Virus record (IMG/VR): IMGVR_UViG_3300045007_000064
Coordinates: 1 to 60,235 of that record
Length of the DNA stretch: 60,235 nucleotides
Origin: a virus
Lineage: Duplodnaviria; Heunggongvirae; Uroviricota; Caudoviricetes
Strand: one strand, 5' to 3'
The notes beneath the pieces were generated by a model. That model ran no database searches. It worked only from the letters and a program-made list of their open reading frames with translations, and had not been told where the DNA came from. Below are positions 23,244 through 32,280 of this stretch, piece after piece (position 1 is the stretch's first letter; every line of letters starts with the position of its first letter). Both the position numbers and the translations under genes were made by a program.

Positions 23244-24989
23244 CTAGAGGCCTGACGCAGACGCCAATGTCCGCACGCAGGCTTGGCCAATGATCCGAGA
23301 GGCGGACGAGATGTCATCGGGATCAACGTCTACGACCTCCATTCCTCGGATGATACTCGTGTTCTGTCCACGAAGCTGCAACCAGACTACTGCAACCCCG
23401 GCCTTTTCACAAGCCTGAATCCAGCGAGCGGTTGCCTTCACCTGGTCGATTCCCGGTCCGGTTTTGAATTCACCATCGGAAATCACGAACAGCAGACGCG
23501 CGCCCTCACCTTGCAGTAGGTTCAACTCCCCGTCCAGCGCCCGGAAGCCGCCGTCGAAGTCTTCGTAGGCACCCATACCGTCCCATACGCGAACTTCACT
23601 CAGTCGCTCCCCAGACCGGAGGCCCGGGACGACATTCTTGCCGAAGTACACCTGAGCGGCGGTTGCCTCCGCTACTCGATACACCGCATCCGAGATGATC
23701 CACACCGCCGAGCCGATCCCCGGCTGTACACGCTTCATCGACCCGGAGGTGTCCGTCATGATGCCCACGGTCAGCGTCGGCTCCTCGGTTTCCAACCAGC
23801 GCCGTCTCTTGAACGGTCGGAATGGTGTCGGGGATGCACCCGCCCAGATTGCCGCGTCCCGGCGCATCGCCTCGCCACCGTGCAGGCGTCCAGGCGGAAT
23901 GTCGGACAGGTACTCGTCAAGCTCCCGGTCCCGGTAGCGCGCCTGATCCAACTCGCGCGCCAACAGCACCGCCGCGTGACGCTCACTCGCAGTGGGCGCA
24001 CGGGACTTCTGTAGCTCGGCGGGTCGGCCTAGACGAGAGCCGAAAACCTGCTCGGCTTTCTTCTCGTTCTGCTCTTTCGTCTCCCGCTCTTCGCGTTGGG
24101 TCTGCGCGTCCAGCTCTTCCTTGATTTCCTGAGCCACCTCGAACACCTCGCTCAGTCCACCCCGTTCGGACCTCTCCAGCGCATCCAAGATAGCCGACAG
24201 CAAATCACCTAGCGAGCCGGGGGACTCCTGGCCTGGCTCACCGCCCAACCCCAAAGCACCAGGCGGGTCCGCGGGCATGAGGTTGTGAAGCTCCCACGCC
24301 AAAGCCACCTGACGGTCCAGGTCCGCGCCGGTATCCGACAGCTTCGCAAACTCCAGGATGATTTCTCGGGCGCGGTCCAGTACAGACGGACTCCACCCGT
24401 TCGCAATCAGCCAGTCCTGGACGCGCACAACGTCCTTCTCCTCGAACACACCGACCCACCAGCGACCCAGGATAAGCTGGCACGCAAAGCGGGGCGATCC
24501 GGTGTATTCATCTGAGCCGTTCATGATGATCGCCCGGGCAGACGTGCGTAGGTATCCACGGTCTCGGGGATTCAGTGCATGCCCCCAGAACTCCACGCGG
24601 GTTTCTTCCAGCATCTCGAACGTATCCCACGCCGGTCCTAGACGTGACACGAACTCCGCCGTCCAGTGCGCGGTCGAGAACCGAGCGTGCATAGCCTCGT
24701 GCATCACCACGCCACCGGCAACCGGATACTTGCTCAACTCCATCCGGTCCGTAAGGTCACCGATCTTTGCCGGTTCCCCTTCCGGGAACACGACCGAGGC
24801 GTTGACGTAGATACGACCCTCGCGAATCGAATACCACGCCACGCCTTCGCCCGTTTCTCCCGGGAACACGTTAGCGTTCAGGGACGCTACACCCGACCAC
24901 TCACGCGCCAAGTCCCGCACACCCAGGGACGTCAACGTCCACTCAACAGGTGTGACGGTACTCGACGCGTTTGCTGGAGCGTGGGCCAC
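23244..24989 (-). CDS. metallopeptidase-like (HExxH) plus vWA domain protein
   Basis: MHEAMH...LEETRVE; MIDAS motif DTSGSM; LFVISDG; start uncertain (TAGTG overlap at 24989). Confidence 0.8.
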   Translation of the reverse strand: MAHAPANASSTVTPVEWTLTSLGVRDLAREWSGVASLNANVFPGETGEGVAWYSIREGRIYVNASVVFPEGEPAKIGDLTDRMELSKYPVAGGVVMHEAMHARFSTAHWTAEFVSRLGPAWDTFEMLEETRVEFWGHALNPRDRGYLRTSARAIIMNGSDEYTGSPRFACQLILGRWWVGVFEEKDVVRVQDWLIANGWSPSVLDRAREIILEFAKLSDTGADLDRQVALAWELHNLMPADPPGALGLGGEPGQESPGSLGDLLSAILDALERSERGGLSEVFEVAQEIKEELDAQTQREERETKEQNEKKAEQVFGSRLGRPAELQKSRAPTASERHAAVLLARELDQARYRDRELDEYLSDIPPGRLHGGEAMRRDAAIWAGASPTPFRPFKRRRWLETEEPTLTVGIMTDTSGSMKRVQPGIGSAVWIISDAVYRVAEATAAQVYFGKNVVPGLRSGERLSEVRVWDGMGAYEDFDGGFRALDGELNLLQGEGARLLFVISDGEFKTGPGIDQVKATARWIQACEKAGVAVVWLQLRGQNTSIIRGMEVVDVDPDDISSASRIIGQACVRTLASASGL

Positions 24990-25300
24990 TAACGGTGCCA
25001 CCCATCTGCGATGAGCTGCTGCGCCCACTCCTCCGCGACCTTCGTCCGCAGCGGCTCGTGGATCAGAGGAACCGTCCGGCGCAGGAACTCCGTTGCCGCC
25101 GCGAGGTCCGAGTCGGACGCCTCTTCCGGCTTCACCGAGTCACCCGGGGCTTCCGTGTAGACGATGGGGTGCACATCCGTTGTCCACTCGTCATGAGACG
25201 CGGGGCACGTCATGATCCGAACCGTCTTGTTCGGGGCAGGACAGCGGCACTGCCCCATCATCACGCCGTGCTTGCAACGCAGAACGAAATGTTCAGCCAT
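24989..25300 (-). CDS. Zn-binding hypothetical protein (CKHG...CRC...C..H)
   Basis: GGAGAAG RBS. Confidence 0.75.
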   Translation of the reverse strand: MAEHFVLRCKHGVMMGQCRCPAPNKTVRIMTCPASHDEWTTDVHPIVYTEAPGDSVKPEEASDSDLAAATEFLRRTVPLIHEPLRTKVAEEWAQQLIADGWHR

Positions 25301-25520
25301 GAGTCTTCTCCACTCCGAACGGGTTGGTGTATGCCTTGAACGCCGCCTTGTACGCAAGCTCCGCGTTCTCCAGGACATCCGACGCGCGCTGGTATTCCAG
25401 CACGGTGTCCTCTCCGCCCACCTCGTGCGCGGCAACGTCGTAACGCTTACGCGCCGCGGAGAGCTTCTGCGCGGCGCGCGTCAGAGCCTGCGACTGGTCG
25501 AGTCCTGGTGTCTTTGTCAT
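25293..25520 (-). CDS. hypothetical protein
   Basis: leaderless TTGACA-17-TAAGCT-6-ATG. Confidence 0.8.
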   Translation of the reverse strand: MTKTPGLDQSQALTRAAQKLSAARKRYDVAAHEVGGEDTVLEYQRASDVLENAELAYKAAFKAYTNPFGVEKTHG

Positions 25521-25529
25521 GTCTCCAGC

Positions 25530-25664
25530 TTACAGGGAGTCTCGTACCTTGTCAAGCGCCTCGTTCCAGGAGGTCGCCGTCTTCCGGTCCCGCTTGGTCT
25601 CGATCACCCACGACACGCCCGCGATAACAGCCAGGCCCACCGCGAAGAACACCCCCGCGATCAC
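25530..25664 (-). CDS. 44-aa membrane protein
   Basis: GTGA overlap; TM helix MIAGVFFAVGLAVIAGVSWVI. Confidence 0.65.
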   Translation of the reverse strand: MIAGVFFAVGLAVIAGVSWVIETKRDRKTATSWNEALDKVRDSL

Positions 25665-25933
25665 GCGAACGGCTCCATCGACGCGAGCAGCCGATTCAGC
25701 AGCTCATCGTCGGCGCGCTCCTCGTTCGAGTTCTCTGCACCCGACTGCGAGTACCAGCGGCGAAGGCGTGCGATGTCCGCGGAACTCAGCGGGACATCCA
25801 CCGTCCGAGGAGGTTGAGCAGCCCTTAGCTTGTCAACCAAAGCACCCTCGGTGTCGGACGGCGACTGAGGGAACTCCTCGTACCAGCGAAGCACCCACGA
25901 GATTTCTTCAGGAGTCAGGTCCATGTTTACCAT
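25661..25933 (-). CDS. hypothetical protein with an internal two-fold repeat
   Basis: leaderless; DLTPEEISWVLRWY vs PLSSADIARLRRWY. Confidence 0.75.
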   Translation of the reverse strand: MVNMDLTPEEISWVLRWYEEFPQSPSDTEGALVDKLRAAQPPRTVDVPLSSADIARLRRWYSQSGAENSNEERADDELLNRLLASMEPFA

Positions 25934-25942
25934 GTAACCAGC

Positions 25943-26242
25943 CTACACCGAAGACGAGTCCCAGTCAAGTCCTGATCCCCTACCGTCCTCATCGACTTCC
26001 GAGCTTTTCACGCTGACGAGCATCCACTCGTTGATCGTGTGCTCCAGCTCCGCGAAGGTCATCCCGCGGATCGCGTTCTCGCCTGCCTCCCCGGCTGCCA
26101 GGGTGAACAGGCGCTTGGCCATGAGTTCCTTGTACCCCGGCTCCATGCCCATGAAGGCGATCACATGCTCAGCAGGCAGGTCTTGGAAGCGCAGAGCCTC
26201 TAGCTCTCCGCCTCCCGGGATGGTGACTCTGACGAGTTCCAT
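25943..26242 (-). CDS. hypothetical protein
   Basis: start uncertain (26242 or 26308). Confidence 0.65.
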   Translation of the reverse strand: MELVRVTIPGGGELEALRFQDLPAEHVIAFMGMEPGYKELMAKRLFTLAAGEAGENAIRGMTFAELEHTINEWMLVSVKSSEVDEDGRGSGLDWDSSSV

Positions 26243-26529
26243 GGGTCCCACCGCACCGTTCCGATGTGGAAGCCGCCCGCACCGCGCGGGCACTTGTAAA
26301 TCTGCCACATCTTTCCTTCACGACCCATTCTACCACCAGCAATGCGAGTGGCCTCTTCCCGCTCCGGGAACAGCGTCTTCGGCTCCCCATCCCGCGAGGT
26401 GCATCCGCACACCGCCCGCACCGGATGCCGCTTGCGCGCCTTCTTCGGCACCTTCTTCGACTCCGGCACCGGCCCGCGCTTACGCCGCTTGCTCTCCCGC
26501 GACTTACGATTCACAGCCACTCGTACCAC
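26200..26529 (-). CDS. basic protein with a C-terminal YxCP...FH motif
   Basis: KTLF..REEA...IYKCPRGAGGFHI. Confidence 0.65.
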   Translation of the reverse strand: MVRVAVNRKSRESKRRKRGPVPESKKVPKKARKRHPVRAVCGCTSRDGEPKTLFPEREEATRIAGGRMGREGKMWQIYKCPRGAGGFHIGTVRWDPWNSSESPSREAES

Positions 26530-26747
26530 TTCCCCTCATGCTCTAGCCGTTCGATACCTGCAAGAAGGCTACCCGCGTCTTTCACGATCCGGTAGTTCCT
26601 CACACGCGCCGCCCTCTGATACCTCATGCAGTCACAGTTTTTGCCGTAGCAGACCTTCTGCCCTCGGACCGGCACGAAGTCCGATCTTAGTGACTGATGG
26701 TCGTCATCACTGTGTCCGCACAAGCATAGGGTATACACCCGAGGCAT
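26511..26747 (-). CDS. CxCGH-x4-H zinc-motif protein
   Basis: CLCGHSDDDH...C...CDC. Confidence 0.7.
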   Translation of the reverse strand: MPRVYTLCLCGHSDDDHQSLRSDFVPVRGQKVCYGKNCDCMRYQRAARVRNYRIVKDAGSLLAGIERLEHEGKWYEWL

Positions 26748-26748
26748 G

Positions 26749-27267
26749 TCAACCGCCTGCCACCATCTGACGGATAGCCTCGCGGCACTCCGCGCAGTGC
26801 AGACGGTTGTCCGGCGTAGAGCGGAACGCCTCGCCACCGCGCTCATTGTACGCGATAGGAATCAGGCGACCGGCTTCCTCCGGAGGACGCTTGCAGTAGA
26901 AGCACCGGATGCCCTCACGCCACTCAGGCTTCAGCCCGCGCGCCATGGAAGACGCGAGACCCTTGGCGAGTGCGTGATCGTGGTCCGGTCCCGTCGTCTT
27001 CTGGATGAACGAGCGGATGTTCGGCATGGTCAGCACCCACTTGAACTCTCCGCACGAGCACGGTACCTTTCCGCTCTGACAGCCAACCTCTCCGATTCCG
27101 AGCGTGTCCACCGGGCGCTCCTCGCCCGACAGATCGAAGTGCGACCCTGCCGAGTGACCACACACGCACACCCGCTGATCCCGGCGAGTCCCCGCCTTCT
27201 TCTTCGTCACATAACGGTCCACGTCGGCCTGCGTGATACCCAGGATCGGATCGATGATTTCAGACAC
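26749..27267 (-). CDS. multi-zinc-motif protein
   Basis: CVCGHSAGSH...C...CSC; CFYC; CAEC. Confidence 0.8.
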   Translation of the reverse strand: MSEIIDPILGITQADVDRYVTKKKAGTRRDQRVCVCGHSAGSHFDLSGEERPVDTLGIGEVGCQSGKVPCSCGEFKWVLTMPNIRSFIQKTTGPDHDHALAKGLASSMARGLKPEWREGIRCFYCKRPPEEAGRLIPIAYNERGGEAFRSTPDNRLHCAECREAIRQMVAGG

Positions 27268-27299
27268 TTTTGGTCTCCTTGTAGTGTATATTGGCTTCC

Positions 27300-27600
27300 A
27301 CTAATCGACTATGCCTACTGAACTTTCCTAGAGCAGCCCCAGAAAGTACTTGGCATATACCTATTTATAGGGTAAGAAGAAAAAATATGCGTTCTACCAA
27401 ACCCCTGTGAGCATAGTGTATTAGTGTATAGTTAATAGTTATATTAGTAAGTCTTACACCAGTTTTCCTCAAAAAGTCAACTGACTATTCCTCACTATGC
27501 GTCCACTGTACCACCACTGTCTGACTATTTCCTGATAGTTATAGTCATAGTCATAGTCGATAGAGAAATTAGTTATAGTCGTACATAGACAATAGTCTCT
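27300..27600. repeat. AT-rich non-coding region with ATAGT(C)/(G)ACTAT repeats
   Basis: about 13 copies in both orientations, including tandem ATAGTC x3 at 27541-58. Confidence 0.85.
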
Positions 27601-27944
27601 CAGCCCTCAGATTCAGACCGTTTGTCAAGTCCCAGAGCACCCTCGAAGACCCGCCCCACGAGCGTTTGCCATAGCGCATACAGGGCCGCAAAACCCGCCA
27701 GGAACCAGTTATACATCGCCAGGTTCAGCAGCACTGACAGGTACGCCACGAGCGCATCCGACGCCGACGACCCGCTCGGCTCCAGTATCAGCCACACCAG
27801 CCCGTACAGCACGGCAAAGCCCACACCAGAAACGAAGGTCACGACCATTGCCCCGACCACCAGACGCTCCGCAAAACGAGCTTTTCGGCCCGCCGCCTCC
27901 GCCCCTGCACGGAAGGTACGCCTGTCCTGGTCACTCAGTGGCAT
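27600..27944 (-). CDS. membrane protein (2 TM)
   Basis: two hydrophobic segments. Confidence 0.75.
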   Translation of the reverse strand: MPLSDQDRRTFRAGAEAAGRKARFAERLVVGAMVVTFVSGVGFAVLYGLVWLILEPSGSSASDALVAYLSVLLNLAMYNWFLAGFAALYALWQTLVGRVFEGALGLDKRSESEG

Positions 27945-28230
27945 AGAAGCCGCCCTCCAGCGTCCAGGTGCCCAGCCAGTCCATGTCTGGCCAGCCGGAA
28001 GGAAGCTCACCGTTGTAGCGGGAGAAGCGCATGCAGTTCGCATCCACGACCTCCCGCAGGGCGGCGGCTACGGCCTCGAAGTCCTCCGAGTACGGCTCGC
28101 ACTTCACGAGAGAGTAGGAGAAGCGCACCGGACTCGCCCACGCCTCCACGACCAGCGTTCCCGGCTTCTCCCCCGCAGACCGGTCAAAATCCGAGAAGGT
28201 AAAGGGGGTCTCAGCGTTAGCCGAAGGCAT
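27931..28230 (-). CDS. hypothetical protein (paralog of 28269..28544)
   Basis: LVVEAW...LGTWTLEGGFY. Confidence 0.7.
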   Translation of the reverse strand: MPSANAETPFTFSDFDRSAGEKPGTLVVEAWASPVRFSYSLVKCEPYSEDFEAVAAALREVVDANCMRFSRYNGELPSGWPDMDWLGTWTLEGGFYATE

Positions 28231-28268
28231 GGAACTCACCGTTCTTCTCCCAGGTCCCCTCCGGGGGG

Positions 28269-28544
28269 CTAAACTGCTGGAACATACCCACCTCCACGGG
28301 TCCAGGTGCCGATGACGGTTCGATCCGTCTCGTCCACCCCTTGCAGATTGAATCTCATAGCGGAAACCACCTCCTGCTCCTGACCGGAGATGTAGTTGGC
28401 GATAGCCTCCTCCACACCCCGGAACTCGAAGTGGAACTCGTAATCCTCCAGGGCTACCCACGCCCCGTTGTTGTCAGCGAACCACGGCTCCACGACCACA
28501 CGGGTTTTCCCCGCCACCACGGCCCCCACGGACATGTACTTCAC
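28269..28544 (-). CDS. hypothetical protein (paralog of 27931..28230)
   Basis: VVVEPW...IGTWTRGGGY. Confidence 0.7.
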   Translation of the reverse strand: MKYMSVGAVVAGKTRVVVEPWFADNNGAWVALEDYEFHFEFRGVEEAIANYISGQEQEVVSAMRFNLQGVDETDRTVIGTWTRGGGYVPAV

Positions 28545-28963
28545 GCCAACAACCCCTCATCCATCAGGCGGAGCTGCCGCTTGAACTCCCACAGAGCTTC
28601 CTTCCACGGGCGACCGCCATCCTGCGCACCCTGGAGCACACTGAGTGCCCAGACGAGGTTACGGTCCTGATCGAACGAGAGGCGGACGCCATACTCGTGA
28701 AGCTTTTCCACGAGGATGCTGCCGATACTCGGCTCCTCCCCCGTCAGCTCCCTCTCCACCATCGTCTCAAACGTCTCCGGCTCCAGGCGCTTGATGAGGT
28801 GTCCGACGATGCACACCGGCACAACCGGGGCGGGAGCGTTCGGCTCATCGGGAGAGTCCCCGTAGTCGAAGTAGACGCAATCCGCCACGGTGTCAGGCGC
28901 AGCCTCCACGATTTCTTCCAGCGCCGAGAGAACCGCAGCGCGGACTTCAGATGTCGAATCCAT
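28541..28963 (-). CDS. hypothetical protein
   Basis: C.Y...P.CIVGH...AQDGG.PW pattern. Confidence 0.75.
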   Translation of the reverse strand: MDSTSEVRAAVLSALEEIVEAAPDTVADCVYFDYGDSPDEPNAPAPVVPVCIVGHLIKRLEPETFETMVERELTGEEPSIGSILVEKLHEYGVRLSFDQDRNLVWALSVLQGAQDGGRPWKEALWEFKRQLRLMDEGLLA

Positions 28964-29291
28964 GAGGAAGTTCCTTTCCGATGATCTGGTGGACCGAGAA
29001 ATCCTTACGGCGAATCACTCGGAGATTGCTGGCCTCACGGGTCAGCCGAAGATCGCCCTCTCGACGCGCCTGCGCAAGAAGCTGGCTGTCTCGGGCGGTG
29101 GTCTGGAAGATGACCTTGACGGCCTCTTCATCCTCCGTTGCCGGGAAGTACGCCTCCGCCACGTAGGGCTGGTAGGTGTACAGGACGGTCCGGGTGCGGC
29201 CCATGTACCGCTGGTTCCGGATGATCGACCAGATAGCCGACACCTTCTCCCGGAACGACAAAGGCTCCGGAACCGTGTTGATCGTTGTCAT
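28947..29291 (-). CDS. hypothetical protein
   Basis: leaderless TTGACA-17-TAAGCT-6-ATG. Confidence 0.8.
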   Translation of the reverse strand: MTTINTVPEPLSFREKVSAIWSIIRNQRYMGRTRTVLYTYQPYVAEAYFPATEDEEAVKVIFQTTARDSQLLAQARREGDLRLTREASNLRVIRRKDFSVHQIIGKELPHGFDI

Positions 29292-29329
29292 ACGACCAGC
29301 TTACAGGTTCCGGAGCCTCATGTCAAGCC

Positions 29330-29617
29330 TCAGATGTCTTCCCAGCGAGACCCGACCGGCTTCCGCTGGAGCTTATCACCTGGCTCGTCCAGCATCATCT
29401 CCGCTTCCGCCAGGGTGTCCACAGAGAAGGTCTTGTACTTCTGCCGCTTGTTCACCACGCGGTACTTGTACTCGACGGGATTGTCGTTGAGGATATCCTC
29501 AATGGCCCCGAGGGTCATCGCCGGATCGTCGTAGTAGCTTCCGCGATGATCTACACCCGTTCCGTCTTCGATTGCCAGACGGATAGCGGCGATTACTTCA
29601 CTCGGATTCTTCGACAC
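29330..29617 (-). CDS. hypothetical protein
   Basis: GGAG RBS before GTG. Confidence 0.7.
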   Translation of the reverse strand: MSKNPSEVIAAIRLAIEDGTGVDHRGSYYDDPAMTLGAIEDILNDNPVEYKYRVVNKRQKYKTFSVDTLAEAEMMLDEPGDKLQRKPVGSRWEDI

Positions 29618-29846
29618 GATTCCACTCTCTCCATCGTCCGACGAGGGTAGACACCCCCATGGCTCCCCGCTTGTACACGACAACGGCGCGAGCCTGCGGG
29701 ATTTCCGCACGCACCTGATCTACGGTCTCCAGCCCGTCATCGAGGGGGAAGATCGCGTAGTGCTGGAAGTTGTCTCCCGCCCACACCTGGGCGTAGTACC
29801 CGACGTGATCCTCGGGCGACCACAGCTTCTCTTCATGTGCACTCAT
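29598..29846 (-). CDS. hypothetical protein
   Basis: leaderless TAGGGT-6-ATG. Confidence 0.75.
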   Translation of the reverse strand: MSAHEEKLWSPEDHVGYYAQVWAGDNFQHYAIFPLDDGLETVDQVRAEIPQARAVVVYKRGAMGVSTLVGRWREWNRVEESE

Positions 29847-29858
29847 AGCCACACCCTA

Positions 29859-30527
29859 TCACACCTCGGCGTCCGAAGCAACCGACCGGCGCGCATTCGC
29901 AGCAGCACGCAGAGCGGCGCGCATCGCGTTCACCTTGTAGGGCGACCAGTCCCGGAGCACTGCTTCCTGGTCATCGTGGTAAGTGTTCATCGCGGCGAGC
30001 ACCTCCGCGTCGGACGGTTCGCCCTGCTCGCGGTCGCTCTCAGCCGAACCCCGAGGGGATGAAACCCCGTGATGGAACCCCTCCGCGTATCCGGCTTCGT
30101 AGTCGTCGGACGGTTCGCCCTGCGGCTCGGGTCCGAGAGGACGAGAAGTGGCCACGTTGAAGTCGGATGATGATCGCTCGGACGCACCGATCCGCTTCGC
30201 AATGTCCATGAGCGGTTCGCCCTGCGGCTCCGATGCCTCGGAACGACGGAGAGCCGCGGCGAGGCGCATCACCATCCCGACAGGCGAGTCAGCCGACCAC
30301 GACCCCTTCTGATCCCAGGAATCGATCAGCGCGTCGGCTTCTTCGAGCAGTTCCTGCGCGTCGGACGGTTCGAACTCAGCCCCCTCAAGCTGCTCAGCGC
30401 GCTCGCTAAGCCACGAGACCGGAATCGCGCTCGCTACATGCCCGTAGTTGTCTAGCGGGTAGTAGACCTTCGGCCCCTCGATCACCGCCTCACGCAATGC
30501 ATCGGCCAAAGTCTTGTCACTCATCAT
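29859..30527 (-). CDS. mosaic protein with (EPQ)GEPSD linker repeats
   Basis: 4 DNA repeats with the core CGGTTCG. Confidence 0.75.
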   Translation of the reverse strand: MMSDKTLADALREAVIEGPKVYYPLDNYGHVASAIPVSWLSERAEQLEGAEFEPSDAQELLEEADALIDSWDQKGSWSADSPVGMVMRLAAALRRSEASEPQGEPLMDIAKRIGASERSSSDFNVATSRPLGPEPQGEPSDDYEAGYAEGFHHGVSSPRGSAESDREQGEPSDAEVLAAMNTYHDDQEAVLRDWSPYKVNAMRAALRAAANARRSVASDAEV

Positions 30528-30738
30528 CGTCTCTTAGGTCCTTGCCACGGGCCTCAGCCTCCCGCTCACGTCGCCGCCGCAGGAGCACTAGCACGCCCTG
30601 CTCTGCCATCGGCATACCGGAGAAGTTCTCGATACCAATCAGGGTACCCGCCAGCATGTCCAGAAGCTCGCTCCGGGTCGGGTCGAGGTCCGCATACATC
30701 CTACGGATTTCTGCCTGACGCGCGGTCAACTTAGTCAC
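30517..30738 (-). CDS. hypothetical protein
   Basis: GAGGAG RBS before GTG. Confidence 0.7.
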   Translation of the reverse strand: MTKLTARQAEIRRMYADLDPTRSELLDMLAGTLIGIENFSGMPMAEQGVLVLLRRRREREAEARGKDLRDDDE

Positions 30739-31072
30739 GAGACTTCTCCTCTTCTGCCAGTTTCCGGATGATCGGAATGGCCTTCTTGACTTGCTTCTTG
30801 GTCCAACCGTGACGTTTACGGTTCTCCTCGTTCCCCCGTTCAAGCTGTTCGAGGAAGTCGGCGTAGTCGCCGCGGACGTGTGCCTCCTGGAGGACGGGAT
30901 TGAACGGATGGGATTGGAGATAGCTCGCGTATGAATACAGCGCCCCTCGCGCAGCCTCCCACTTCTTCCACGCCTCGTCGTCCGATCCCGCTGGCATGGC
31001 GCGATCCATGAGAGAGGCCGCAGCGTAGACGATTCCCGCGGCCTGACGGTACTCACTCTTGTAGTTCGTCAC
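30731..31072 (-). CDS. hypothetical protein
   Basis: GTGA overlap. Confidence 0.7.
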   Translation of the reverse strand: MTNYKSEYRQAAGIVYAAASLMDRAMPAGSDDEAWKKWEAARGALYSYASYLQSHPFNPVLQEAHVRGDYADFLEQLERGNEENRKRHGWTKKQVKKAIPIIRKLAEEEKSRD

Positions 31073-31260
31073 TCTTCCCACTCTCCTGTCTCGGGGTTAC
31101 GGAAGTAGACGACGGCATCTCGTCCGTTCTCCACCTCGCGCACGAAATAGTCCAGAGCCGCCTCCGCATCCGCGAAGGTCTGTCGGACCGGAGCGGTCTG
31201 GCCTATCGGACTGTAGAAAGGCATGGTGCTCTCCACCATGAACGGTCGCCGGAAGCTCAC
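31069..31260 (-). CDS. hypothetical protein
   Basis: GTGA overlap. Confidence 0.65.
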   Translation of the reverse strand: MSFRRPFMVESTMPFYSPIGQTAPVRQTFADAEAALDYFVREVENGRDAVVYFRNPETGEWEE

Positions 31261-31436
31261 TCGTACGCCCCCAAGTCCTGGATGAAGCCGGGACGGGGGT
31301 CAAGCTCCGTACCCGGTCTGCGAGTCGCTGACCGTACAGGAATGCTCCCAGCGGGAGCGTCTGCGTACCCGACGTACGGAAGCGGATCGAGCTTCAGCGT
31401 GCGGACACTCTTCGGTCGTCCATCGTTACGAGACAT
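31257..31436 (-). CDS. hypothetical protein
   Basis: GGGAG RBS. Confidence 0.55.
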   Translation of the reverse strand: MSRNDGRPKSVRTLKLDPLPYVGYADAPAGSIPVRSATRRPGTELDPRPGFIQDLGAYE

Positions 31437-31623
31437 TGAACATCTCCCGCAGCTTGGCGTCCTGAAGCTCGTCACGGGCGGTCTGCAAGAGACCTTCGAT
31501 CACGACCATGCGGAGGATGCTACTCTCTCCCGCGGTATTCCGAGCGGCCAGCGCCTGTCTCTCCAGGAACTCGACAGCCCCTTTCGAGGCGAGGATGGCC
31601 TTCTGGCCTGTCGTCACATGCAT
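31426..31623 (-). CDS. hypothetical protein
   Basis: AGGAGG RBS. Confidence 0.7.
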   Translation of the reverse strand: MHVTTGQKAILASKGAVEFLERQALAARNTAGESSILRMVVIEGLLQTARDELQDAKLREMFNVS

Positions 31624-31631
31624 GACGCCTC

Positions 31632-31862
31632 CTATTCCGCGTACTCGATGGTCAGCCCCTGAGTCGCGTCATCGATCACGTAGACCTGAGGGCGACTCTT
31701 GACCTGAAGGGCCACCGCAACCCCCTCCACGAGGATGTACTCCAGGGTCCCGGCGAGCGTCACCTTCGACTTGTAGTTGGTCTCAGCCATCGTGACGACG
31801 ACAGGCTTCCCCACGAGGGAGAGCAGGACATCGGAGGTCAGGTCCAGTACGTTTTTCTTCAT
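31632..31862 (-). CDS. small beta-rich (Sm/SH3-like) protein
   Basis: leaderless TTGCGC-17-TAGGCT-6-ATG. Confidence 0.75.
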   Translation of the reverse strand: MKKNVLDLTSDVLLSLVGKPVVVTMAETNYKSKVTLAGTLEYILVEGVAVALQVKSRPQVYVIDDATQGLTIEYAE

Positions 31863-31947
31863 GATCCCAGCCTACCCTATCGCCGCGCTGAGCGCAAGTA
31901 GCGCTCGGTGCTCTGTTCGTATCCCATGCGAGGACGCCACAGCGCTC

Positions 31948-32262
31948 TTAGCCACGGGGGTCCTCTTTCTCGCGAGCTTCCTGGTACTTCACGTGCATGT
32001 CACCTCGTACCCCATTCAGGTCGAGGATTTGGTCGTAGATGTTGTCGGCGCGATTCACCATACCCAGCCGAAGCGAGGCATCTCGCTCATCCATGAGCTT
32101 GCCGATCTGCTTGTCCAGCTCCTTCACGACGAAGGCGTACTTCTCGGACTTCGGCGTCTTGGTGACCTTCTTCAGCTCAGGCCACATCTGAAGGAACGTG
32201 TACTGATCCAGGTCCAGCCACTCGTTGAGGACGTTGAAGACCGCTTCCTGTCGCTTGTTCAT
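31948..32262 (-). CDS. hypothetical protein
   Basis: leaderless TTGCGC-17-TAAGCT-6-ATG. Confidence 0.8.
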   Translation of the reverse strand: MNKRQEAVFNVLNEWLDLDQYTFLQMWPELKKVTKTPKSEKYAFVVKELDKQIGKLMDERDASLRLGMVNRADNIYDQILDLNGVRGDMHVKYQEAREKEDPRG

Positions 32263-32280
32263 ATCCTCAGCTTACCGTAT

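Noticed and set aside
25943-26308. Tail assembly chaperone call
   Set aside because: Only a vague resemblance; no tail genes or slippery-site context.
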